This document shows positions 53,110 to 64,000 of a stretch of DNA of 64,000 bases, in pieces (positions within the stretch are counted from its first letter, which is position 1; each line of letters starts with the position of its first letter). This DNA comes from Felis catus (Eukaryota). The stretch covers positions 13,454,001 through 13,518,000 of the forward strand of contig NC_058381.1 of NCBI RefSeq assembly GCF_018350175.1, in the 5' to 3' direction. A model generated the notes under the pieces. That model was given only the letters and a program-made list of their open reading frames with translations, was not told the origin of the DNA and searched no databases. The translations under genes were made by a program, and so were the position numbers.

Positions 53110-53620
53110 GCAAATATTTCTCTATTGCTGCGTAACAAATCACCCCAATATTCAGTGGCCTAAAACAGCAAACATTTATTATCTCTCAAAGTTTCTGAGA
53201 GTCAGGAGTCTGCATGTGGCTGGATGGCTTGGCTCAAGGTCTCTCATGAAACTGCAATCAAGCTGTTGGCCCCCTGGGACTGCAGTCATCCAAAGGCTTG
53301 ACCAAGCTTGGCGGATCTACTTCTTAGCTCATTCATGTGGTTCTTGGCAGGAGGCCTCAGTTTTTTTGCCACATGGGCTTCTGCACAGGGCTGCTCATGA
53401 CATGGTGCCTGCCTTTCCCCAGAAGAAGTGATCCAACACAGAAGCTGCAGTGCCTTTTTATGACCTGGTCTCCAAAGTCACACATGGTCACTTCTGCTTT
53501 ATTCTCTTCGCTAGAAGCAAGTCACCGAGTCCAGCCCACACTCAGGGGGTTGCGGGGGGGTGGGGGGGGGTGCGCAGGAATTAGGCTCTACATCCTGAAA
53601 GGAGGAGTACCAAAGAATTT
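53110..53620. mobile_element. MaLR (MLT1-type) LTR remnant
   Basis: tattgctgcgtaacaaatcacccc...aaacagcaaacatttattatctc pattern. Confidence 0.7.
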
Positions 53621-53712
53621 GTGTACCAACACACTCTCCCCCTTGCCCTTTTGTGACTTGTGACCTCTGGGTCAGCCTGACAGGCCTAACTTCTGCTTTC
53701 TTTGGACCCTAG

Positions 53713-53913
53713 TTCTCAACATCAGTACCTCTGTTCAGTTGGCAACCTCCATGCCTCCAGGATTCCAGCCGGCACAGACTCCAGACCCAACAGCTCCAGT
53801 CACCTACTTCCCATACTTTGACAGGACCTACCTGGCGGTGGCAGCGTCGCTCAATGGGGGCAATGTGCTGGCCGCGTTTGTCCACATGCTGGTACAGTGG
53901 ATGGCCGATCTAG
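53713..53913 (+). CDS. SHPK: SHPK exon 6
   Basis: LNISTSVQLATSMPPGFQP...AASLNGGNVLAAFVHMLVQWMADL; 201 nt. Confidence 0.96.
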   Translation, partial: FSTSVPLFSWQPPCLQDSSRHRLQTQQLQSPTSHTLTGPTWRWQRRSMGAMCWPRLSTCWYSGWPI

Positions 53914-56019
53914 GTAAGGTGTTGCCCATACAGTGATGTGTTCCTGCTTGTCCTTTCTATGTAGCAGTGTCTTGGTGCTGAGTGTGTTATTTAAGCTTCT
54001 AGATTCATGTGTCAGACCCAGCCAGGCTCCAACACATTCCTTCCTTCCTTGGGGATCTGGATGTATAGACTTCCTTCCTCTCATCTTCTGAGCTGCCATC
54101 ACCTATGGTTTTTTTTTGAGGGGGCATCTTCTCCCCTAACCTTGACTATGGAATATCATCATAGTGTCTTAGCTCTCCCCTGCCCCACTTGGTCACCTTC
54201 TCTGTCAAGTAGTCTCTGGGTCCCTTGTGTTTGAAGTCTTCCTTCTAATGACTTCAGACAGCTGAAAATAAAATGATCAAATGTGGATGGTATTTGACAG
54301 TATTATAAAATCCTCATAGCACTTATTCCTGGCAAGTAGTTCCTGACTCCCTTTCTTAGAAGGATCCATGGAAACTCTGATGCCCTCCTGCTTTCTTCAG
54401 GATAGAATCGATCAGACCTCTCTGCTCTTCATTTGCAGGGAAACCTGCAACCTCCTTCTTTCAGAAGAGGTTCCCTTTCCAAGCACTTAAGGTAGAAATG
54501 AAATTTCTGGTCAGCCATGAAGATCTGGGGAAACCGTGTTCATCAGGTGCATTGGTCCACCTGTAGGAGCTCTGAATCAGGTCATTCTGGGGAACTTTCA
54601 GCATAGTAACAAAGTGAGGCAGAGCAGCAGGGAGCCCATAGGAAGCTCATACTGGTTGTGTAGACAAGCGTCACTGACCCGTGTCAGTCCTCTCTCAGGC
54701 TGGCCAGGGATGTCAGGATTTCAGGGGAATTCTGCCCCCTTGGCTTGGATCCCCTCAGGAATGCTTCATTAAAAGAACAGAACTCAGATTTTGTTTTGTC
54801 TCGCATCAGAAAAGGTTTTCAAGAACCAGTCATCAGAACCTTCAGGCAAGCCCTATATTTAGATACTGGTTTAACTGGATGACTCTATCAATTATTGACT
54901 GCGTTGACTGGTATTTCTCTTTATACAGAAGTGACTATTATTTTTACCCCTGAAAGAGATGGTAATACTTAATTTCTCTGTAAGATCCTTTCAAAAAGAA
55001 AAGTCTTTTGCATTTTCATGGTTCTTATTTTCATGAAACTGAGTACTTTGAAGGTTAGTATTATAGGTAGCTTAACCTTTTATGAAATTTCTACACTGTG
55101 CCATTTGATTAAAAAATATATAGATGCAAATACGACAAGTTTATTCAGATAAAAGACATCACATCTGTTAACCAGAAATGGAAATATTAAAACATAAGGT
55201 GTAAAAATTAAACTCTCTCTCTCTATTCAGAATACCCTAGGTTTGCATTGTTTTCCAGAAGTTGGAAAACAGACAGTTCCACCCTCATGTGGTTTAGAGC
55301 AGGGACTCTGGAGCCAGGTGGCCTGGGTTTGAATCCCAGCCCCACCACTTCCTTGTGCCCTTGGGCAGGTTCCTTATCCCGTCTGTTCTTCACTTTCCTC
55401 ATCTGAAAAGAGATGCTAGTACCTACCTCAGAGGACGGCAAGGATCAAATGAGTTATACTGCAAAGCACTTAGAATGATGTCTGGCCCATAATAAGTGTG
55501 ATACAAATGCTTGTGTGGTGGTGCTACCCAGGAGAGTGGCCTCAGTTCTCAGCTCTGTCCTAAGTCATTATGTGGCCTTGGCAAGTCCTTTCCCATTCTG
55601 TGTTTTTTTCAGTTCCGATGGTCTGTGTTTCTAAGCCCATGATGTGAACATGTGGCAACTCAGTATTTAGATTCTGATGAGGTGGTAAGCCAAGGGATGC
55701 AGAAACAGGGCTAGAAGCCGGGTCTCTCCAGTCTCCAGCTGGTATAGACCTTCCTTCAGGTGCCCCTCAAGGCTGGGGTTGTGGCCCAAGTGTTTCCCAG
55801 TGAGGAAGAACACTTTATTTTAACATTTTCTTAACATTATTAAGGATATACAAGCACATGGTTCATTGTTTTGTTTTGTTTTTTTTCTTTTTAACTATAG
55901 ACTTTCTTTTCTTTTGAAAGTTTTCCACTCGTGTCGTTTTTCTGTTCCATGATCTACTTCAGGATACCACATTGCATTTCATCATCCCATCTCCTTAGTC
56001 TCTCTGTTTTCTTTCTTTC

Positions 56020-57825
56020 TTTTTTTTAAAGTTTTTATTTCTTTAAGTAATCTCTATACCCAACCTGGGGCTCAAACTCATGACCCCGAGATCAAGAGTC
56101 ACATGCTCCTCTGACTGAGCCAGCTGGGCGCCCCTCTGTGCTTTCTACTTGATTGATCTGTTTTTTTTCTATTTCATTTCCCTTCCCTTTCTTCCCATCA
56201 GTTTCATGGTTTTATATTCTTCACCTATTCTTTTAGAAGTTTCTAACACACTGTGTTTCCTAGGATATGGAGAGGTAATCCCTTCTGCACATTGCAGTGC
56301 TGGTGTAAACCAGGCCTGCTTCTAAGGGGCAAGTATGATGTACATAACTTTTGAACCAGAAGTTCTCTTCCAAGGACTCGGTCCAACAGATTTATACACT
56401 TGTACACACATGCTAGGTTACTCACCAAGCACATGATTTTTCTGAGATTTTAGTAGAATTTTTAGAGGGAGAGGAAAGACATTTATTCTGGGTTTTTTTG
56501 TTTGTTTGTTTGTTTAACGTAGGCTCCATGCCCGACGTGGTGCTTGAACTCACAACCCTGAGATCAAGAGTCGCATGTTCTACTGACCAGGACAGCCAGG
56601 TGTCCCCATTCTGACATATTTAACCAAAGTCCTGCTGATCACATTTTGGCTATAATATTTAATTATTTCTCTCTCCCTCTTTGTTTCATTCCTGAGTGTG
56701 TATGGTTGAATTTGTACAAGTTAAATGTACTGCCAATGAGACTCCATGGCGACTCTGGGGTGGTGGCTGTCAGCACTGGCCTGCACACTGGAACCACTTG
56801 TGGAATTAAAAAAAGTTGTTTTTTTTAATTTTCTTAAAAAAATTTTTTTTTAACGTTTATTCATTTTTGAGAGAGAGAGACAGAGCATGAGTGGGGGAGG
56901 GGCAGAGAGAGAGAGAGGGAGACACAGAATCTGAAGCAGGCTCTAGGCTCTGAGGTGTCAGCACAGAGCCTGACGTGGCGCTCGAACCGATGAACTGTGA
57001 GATCATGACCTGAGCCAAAGTTGGACACTTAACTGACTGAGCCACCCAGGCTCTCTAAAAAAATTTTTTTCTAAGGTTTATTTATTTACTTAGTGCTACC
57101 CGGGGAGGAGCAGAGAGAGACAGAGAGAGAGAATCCCAAATAGGCTCCATGGGCAGTGTGGAACTGACACTGGGCTCAATTTCATGACCAGGAGATCATG
57201 ACTTGAGCTGAAATCAAGAGTTGGACGCTTAACCACTGAGCCACCCAGGTGCCCATGCTTGCGGAGTTTTTAAAACAATGCTGATGTCCTCATCCTGCCT
57301 GTAGAATGCTGATGATTTGGCTGTGGGGTGGGATGGGGCAGGCATTTTATAGAAGTTCCTCAGGTGATTCTACTTCAAAAGCGTGATCCTTGGGCCAGCA
57401 GTACTGGCTTTTAGAAGTGAATAACAAATACAGAATCTTAGGGCCTGCCCCAGCCATACTGAGTCAGAAACTGCATTTTAATAAGATCCCTAAGTGATTC
57501 ATATACATATTCAAATGTGAGAAGCATTGGTCTAGTCTGGTGGTTTTCAACCTCTGCTGAGGCTGGGCTGGATTGTGATCAGCACTGTGATCCTGGGGTT
57601 TCTATGACACTGCTAATAAGTCTAGTAGCAGCTGTAATGATGCTTTTTTTTTTTTTAAGTTTATTTTTGGAAGAGAGAGAGAAAGTGGGGGAGGGGCAGA
57701 GAGACAGGGAGAGAGAGAATCCCAAGCTAAGTCCCATGTGGGGCTTGAACTCACAAACCATGAGATCATGACCTGAGCCAAAATCAAGAGTTGGATGCTT
57801 AAACGACTGAGCCACCCAGGTGCCC
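56020..57825 (-). mobile_element. cluster of five antisense Can-SINEs (~56020, 56490, 56840, 57064, 57644) plus a MER5-like piece
   Basis: repeated poly-T ... gagccacccagg-type units. Confidence 0.85.
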
Positions 57826-58129
57826 CATGACTATGCTTTTTGATCAGTGTATTCATTTGTCCTCCTTGGGAGCATTGTTGTAGGATGATTAGTTGTAGGA
57901 TGGTTAGCGCTTACAGCAAACTTATGAGATCTCTCCTTTAAGTCTAGGCTGGGGTCTGGGGCAGAGCACAGCTAGCCAGACTATGTGAGTCCCTGAGCCA
58001 GGAAACATCCAGCCTCAGTGAGAAGCAGCAAGTAGATCTATCCCTGCCCTCTGGGAATTCCAGACTGTCTCAGCCTGCAGCAACAGGTGGGGTGCATGAA
58101 CTCACACAGGTCTTTTCTGTTCCTGGAAG

Positions 58130-58542
58130 GTCTGGAGGTCGAAGAACCCACTGTATATTCGTGCATGATCCAGGCAGCTGCACAGCAGAGAGACACCTGC
58201 CTAACTATCACTCCAACGGTGTGGGGCGAGAGGCACCTGCCGGACCAGCTGGCCTCAGTGACCAGAATCTCCTCCTCTGATCTCTCCCTGGGTCATGTGA
58301 CCCGGGCCCTGTGCCGAGGCATTGTTCAAAACCTGCACTCCATGCTTCCATTTCAACAGCTCAAGGAGTGGGGTGTGGAGCGGGTGATTGGCAGTGGGAG
58401 TGCGCTGTCCAGGAACGAGGTTCTGAAGCAGGAGGTGCAGAGGGCGTTCCCTTTCCCAGTGTCCTTTGGGCAGGATGTGGACGCAGCTGTGGGGGCAGCT
58501 CTGGTCATGCTCCGGAGGAACCTTAACCAGAAGGAGTCTTAA
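58130..58542 (+). CDS. SHPK: SHPK exon 7, coding part
   Basis: LEVEEPTVY...GERH...VIGSGSALSRN...DAAVGAALVMLRRNLNQKES*; total CDS 1437 nt = 478 aa. Confidence 0.96.
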
Positions 58543-58638
58543 TACATTCTTTGGCCAAAGGACTTGCAAATTTTATCTAATTAGCAATTCTCACATGACC
58601 TTGGGGTCATCCTTTTCCTGGACACGTTTGTGGGCAGC

Positions 58639-58866
58639 TTTTTTTTTTTTTTTAATTTTTTTTTTTTAACGTTTATTTATTTTTGAGACAGAGAGAGACA
58701 GAGCATGAACGGGGGAGGGTCAGAGAGAGGGAGACACAATCCGAAACAGGCTCCAGGCTCTGAGCTGTCAGCACAGAGCCTGACGTGGGGCTCGAACTCA
58801 CAGACTGCGAGATCATGACCCAAGCCGAAGTCGGCTGCTTAACCAACTGAGCCACCCAGGCGCCCC
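58639..58866 (-). mobile_element. Can-SINE in the SHPK 3'UTR, with TSD
   Basis: TSD tgtgggcagctttt at 58630 and 58867. Confidence 0.93.
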
Positions 58867-59031
58867 TGTGGGCAGCTTTTAAGCAAAGCTTGTTCTCAGG
58901 GCACCATCTTGACCAAGAACCTACCTTCAGGGCATACTCTAATAATGCAGCCAGGACTCATCAACTGGACCCCAAATCAGTACTTTCCAAAAGAGACTCA
59001 CCTGGGAACTGGTCCCAAATATAAATATGGT

Positions 59032-59033
<2 letters not shown>

Positions 59034-59081
<48 letters not shown>
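59034..59081. repeat. (GA)n microsatellite
   Basis: direct sequence. Confidence 0.95.
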
Positions 59082-59086
<5 letters not shown>

Positions 59087-60849
59087 ACAGTACCCCAGCA
59101 TCCCGGTCAGCAGGCTCATCTATGACTCACCTGTAGACAAAGAGTAAATATGGACTTTAGGCACCAAAAAGTCTGGTGACTGTGCACTCAAAGTAAGAAA
59201 AGAAGACCCCCTCCACCCCCCCGCCAATCCAGCTTTTGGATTGTTTTTAAAAGGACATGAAACCCAGGCTTGGGTCACATGCACTGTTGGAAAAGTCCTT
59301 CCCTACTGGATTGTGCCATGTGACCCTGAGGTCCCTTTCTCACTCTTGTTCTCCCTTGGCCACAGCTGGTTATAGCTGAGGCAGGGGGTCGCCCAGTGCA
59401 GTAAAGCAGACTGGCTGAGATGAAGATGCAGGGATCCATGCTGCCTTCTCACCATGCACTTCCCCTCCAAGGACAGCCTGCTGCAGTGGAGCTGCTCCAG
59501 ATCCTTAACACAACTGGCTCAAAGGCACAGAACAGGGAAGGAAAGGTGGGTGGCATGACCAGCAAGGGGGACGGATGCTATGTGGCCCCACCATTCAAGC
59601 ACATTGTTCCCAATAGTCTGACCAGGCAGGACCCTTTTTTGGGGGTGTGTCTGGGCAGCAGTGTATTTTTCTCCTGCACATTCTTGGGAGGCCTTCCAAG
59701 GGAAGGGATGCAGCTGGGCATGCTCCTGTCAGAGAGGATGGTCAGTTTAATCAGAGAACCCCTTATCCTGCAGGCCCTAGATTTTCTTTCTCTTGGTGTT
59801 GGCCTTGCTGGCCTACCATATGTTTCTGGCCTGCAGAAACATCCCACTGGAGTCAGCATCAAGCGTGTGGGGTCCCAGAGCATCTTAAACCTTTCTGTAG
59901 TTGGTAGGGATGACCATGGAATGGCTCCAGGAAAAGGCTGTCATTCCTGCATCTAGTTCCAGACTCCTAAGAGTGATCCCAAGGCTCAGGCAGGCCTGAC
60001 TCTGAGACTCCTAGGCAACTATGAGTTTGGGAAGTGGCCATGTTGTTTCTTTGTAAAGGTCACTTTATGAATTATGTGGTTGTCTGAGCTCTTAGATTAA
60101 TCTGCCTTGCCATGCTGATTGGATTTCAGATACTAAAGCTCATTCTTTAAGAGCTTTGTCCCTTTAATAAGACACACCTGTCTGCTTTGGTAACACTAAA
60201 TTATGGCATAGCTGTAGGGCTTGGTTTGGCAGGTTGGACATAAGGATCATTTGTAGGTTGTTCTGCAGAAAACCGCACCTGCTCCATGATTGTACCAGGA
60301 CAAGTAGCTGTAGATCACTCGGGAAAGTCATGTGAGTTTTCTCTCAGCCAAGATGAGTTGACACCATTATTCTGGAGCCCCTATGGAAGGCCTTTGAGAG
60401 AGGTCACCTTGGGATAGGCCGAAGGATAACAGATAGCCTGTCCATCAGGAGGAGTTGGCCCTCTGACTCCTGGGAGGCAGCCTGTCTTGTATTCTCAGGG
60501 TGCTATGGATGGAGCCTGTAAATGTAGGATTAGGAACTGGATGCAAGGCCAGGTAGCCCAGACCAGTGCCCAGTGTGGTGCCGGAACTCTCTGTTCCCTT
60601 TCCACATGTCCACTCTATCTCTGAGGGCTGAGCCTTGTGCAGTCCAAGCTTGCCAGCTAAAAGCTCTGTTACTGTTTTTATTGCACAGGCCTGGAGCCTC
60701 TGCAGTGGGGTTGAGCACAGCTTCCAGGGCCTCATTTCTTCAGCCTGAAATCATAAACCACTCACTGCTTTTGCCGTCATTCCCTGGAGGTACCAGTAAG
60801 TGTTTGATACCAGTGTGATCCTCAGATGAGGAACTGGCCTTTAGGACTG

Positions 60850-61190
60850 TTTGCCCATATCCTGATCTTATGAGCAGGTGGTAGACTTGCACTTTCTCCC
60901 CAGATTTGCTTCGGCCAGCAAAATGTGACCAGAAGTGTTCTACTTCTAAGCAGAGGTCCTTAGGAGCCAGTGTGTGATTTTCCACACCGTTCCCTTTGCC
61001 AGGAGTGACTGGTGGTGTCCCAGAGAATGGAGGCTCTGTCAGCCTGCGTTCCATGTTAGGGCACTATGGTGTAGAACCCTCACCAACAAATGTGCAACAT
61101 GAAATGTGACTGAGAAATAAACCTTTGATGTTTGAAGCCACTGAGATTTGGGGTTGTTGCCACAACATAACTTAGTTTATCTTGACCACT
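60850..61190 (+). mobile_element. MaLR (MLT1-type) LTR remnant
   Basis: gagaaataaacctttgatgtttgaagccactgagatttggggttgttg 3' LTR motif. Confidence 0.65.
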
Positions 61191-64000
61191 ACAACCACAG
61201 TAGAGACTGTGTCTAAGAAGCCTCAGCTGCACCCAGCACAGACCCAGACATTTATTGAGCACCCACTAGGAGCTGGGTGTTCTGTCAGGACAGGGCTAAA
61301 TTGCCAACACTAGGACAGATTAACATGTGTGCAGAAGAAGGAACAATTCATTCTTTATGTAAGTGACATTAAGCTAAACCTTGGAGAGTTTCAGTCCATC
61401 AATACCAACAGCAGTTAACATTTTTTGAGCTATGTAGTAGGAGCTAATCTATACTTATTTGGACCTATTTGATCTATATGGTGACCCTAGAAGGTAGGTA
61501 CTATTATCTTCATTTCTCAGATGAAGAAACCGAGACACAAGTTAAGTAACCTACCTAAGATCAGAACTCTAAGATTCAACCCCAGAACCCATTTTCTTTA
61601 GCATTCTAGGCTGAGAGAGCAGGTGTATTCACATGAAAGTGACCGGCATGAGCAGGGTGTGATGAACTGTCTGGTGTAACTTGGTCACAGGGCTTATGAA
61701 AGGGTGTGATAGAACTTGTGGCTGGACGTGTTGGCCAAACTGTGAAGGGTCCTAGATGCCAGACTGAAGGGTTTAGACTTTCTCCTGTGGGCAGCAGAGT
61801 GGAGGACAGACTTCATGAGCTTTAGGAGTATAACTGTCAGCCATGGGGACTTTAGAGTGGAGAATGGGTGTTACGGGAGGTGGGGGCCCAATTGGAGGGG
61901 CCTAGAAAACAGCTTGTGAAAGACCGTAGGCCTGAACCAACGTGGGGGCAGAGCCTGCCACACATACCCTTCTTTTGGCCCTTGACTACGACTAGATGCA
62001 TATAATGTTTATGTGGCTTTCATGTTCTTTATTCTTCTTCTCAACTGACTGAAAGCTGCTTGAGGGCAGGCTTCCTCTTAGGTGTTCTCTGCCCTGCCCT
62101 TCTCCTTAATCTTGGGCTGATGCCCCTGTTTGAATGTCCTTCTCCCGGGGAAGAACACAATACCTTGTCCAGGGCCCAGCTCAGATGCTGTCTTCCTGCT
62201 GCACAGTCTCCCTGGAAGCATATCTGTGACTGGATTATAATTGCAGCTGGCATCTGGGACCCAACTCAGTGTTTGCTGTTGGCATGGCCTGTTGGCTCCT
62301 GGCTTGTGCCTGTTACAGCATGCCCCACCCAGTAAAGCGTCAGAGAGAGCCTAGCAGTTTTTCCTCATGTGTCCTGGCCTTCTTGAGGTCAGAGACCATC
62401 TTATTCATCCTACTCACTTGCTGTGGTTTGCTAGTGCTTGGTGGGGCTTCAGGGTAGAGGGTGGTTTGCACTTGACCTCTCAGCCACGATTAGATGGACA
62501 GATAGCCCATCTTTGAAATTGAGAGATTCTGGGTTTAGAGATGTTCACTGTGTGACTCATGAAACATTAAGCAAATCTTGTTTTTTTTTCATTAAAAAAC
62601 AATTAGTCACAACCTCGAGCTAATGGCCGGAGATAGCTCAACAATCAGCAGATGCGGTTCTCTTCTGAAATAATCATGATGAGAACAATAACCCCTCATG
62701 CTTGCCTAGAGCTTTACCAGCTCACAGAGACCATTCATTCACATCCAGTATTCTTATTAATCCCCAGAAAAGCCTCATAAAGCAGGCAGGGCAGGTGCCT
62801 TCACCCGTTTTGGGGATAAGGACCCAGAGCTTCAGCTATCAGCCCAAATTTATGGAGCGGGTGTCTGCTGGGCCCGTCTGGGTCTCCTCTCCTGCCTCTA
62901 TTCTCTGCCCATGCATCTGACCCTCCAATCACTTCTCTCTCTTGTTGCCAGTACCCGCCCTGGGTCCCAGCTCTGCAGAGAGGGGCTCAGCTGTTGGGTG
63001 CTGAGTGGATGTCTCATCCCTCCCCAGCTTAGATGGCCAGCTCCATCCACTTCTGGAGTGCGCTGTCCCCTCTCACAGAGCCCTGCCCTCCATGGGAACT
63101 GACTCAGGTGGGTACCTGGTGACACTAATACACAGACCAAATGCAGAAAGGAAAGTAGTTTTCTTCTAAGTCTGCTGTTTGCCATTTGTATCCGGGATCC
63201 CTGAGGCCATTTAAAATGTGGGAAGCAAGACACAAAAGTCAGGAAGTTAAAAATCCACACAAGATTTAGAAATCCCAAGATAAGACCGGTAGAGTTGGCA
63301 CTGTCCTCGGGTGGGTTACAGGTACTCGCGGTGGTGCTTTAACCACCTTCTCTGGGGCCAGAACTAGCTCTGCTTATTCCTACTTGGGCCCTCCCAGAAA
63401 TGAGGGGCTGACGGTTCCTGATTTGGGTAATCAGGCTTTTATTAGCACACGACAGTTTGCTGGTTTCTAGCTGTACCAGAAAGTTTGGCTTCAAATCCAT
63501 GAGGGACCCAGATGGATGAAGAAAATAAATGAGGATCCCATTGCCAGGGTCAAGGGCTGAGTTTAAGTCAATGTGCCCCCCTGGTGGTGACGCTAAAGAA
63601 CTGCAGCCATTGATGACCTGAGGCCCAGCCCACTTGGCCCACCCACGTGCTGGTGTGGCCCCTAGCACTTTGCTGCACTGCCTCTTGTTCCCATCAGACC
63701 TGAGCTTGAAGTACGCGCCCCCTCCCAGAATTCATCACTGAAACGTGATCTACTTACAAAGAGTTTTAATGGATACATCATTACATAGATTCAAGAACAC
63801 CTTGTTGGCAAAATACCACCCAGAAAACCAGGCTGATGGCAGCAGTGCTCAACCCTAAGGTCTTGTGTCTGCTGCCATTTCTTGAGTTTTAGTAGAACCA
63901 CTCAGTGCAGGTTTGGCTCAGATAAAACCATGCCAATAAATGTATATGTTGTGCTCCTTTGGGCAAGTTGTGGAGCTAGGTAGGCTTAGAGAAGGAGAAT

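Noticed and set aside
58213-58236. SHPK PTVWGERH versus recalled human PTVLGERH
   Set aside because: The residue before GER varies among FGGY kinases and the ORF is otherwise intact; no evidence of loss of function
59420-59956. 178-aa ATG ORF downstream of SHPK
   Set aside because: No recognisable domain or splice context; it lies in probable 3'UTR; ORFs of this size occur by chance, though conservation was not tested
59100-64000. TRPV1 exons, expected downstream of SHPK by synteny
   Set aside because: No TRPV1 coding sequence is recognisable, and non-coding first exons cannot be placed from sequence alone

Overview
Mammalian genomic DNA, very probably a felid (young Can-SINEs of the SINEC_Fc type and a felid-type L1 3' end). 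The window holds the conserved P2RX5-EMC6-TAX1BP3-CTNS-SHPK gene block, the cystinosis locus. From the sequence I can reconstruct the last three exons of P2RX5 (+), EMC6 (-, 110 aa), TAX1BP3 (+, 4 coding exons, 124 aa), CTNS (-, 10 coding exons, 367 aa, plus 2 non-coding exons) and SHPK (+, 7 exons, 478 aa). All four complete genes have GT-AG junctions and intact frames. Two CpG-island bidirectional promoters (EMC6/TAX1BP3 and CTNS/SHPK), many SINE/LINE/MER/MaLR remnants and two assembly gaps fill the rest. I see no new gene family or biological system. The most notable observations are: (1) an in-frame premature TAA in the cystinosin-LKG alternative C-terminus, removing the SSLK(G/D) motif while both splice sites remain; (2) a diverged ~620-650 bp direct duplication bracketing the CTNS/SHPK shared promoter; (3) a shortened, phase-shifted P2RX5 C-terminal exon; (4) seven uATGs in CTNS non-coding exon 2; (5) a templated-insertion scar. 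Comparisons to human are from memory and need alignment to confirm.
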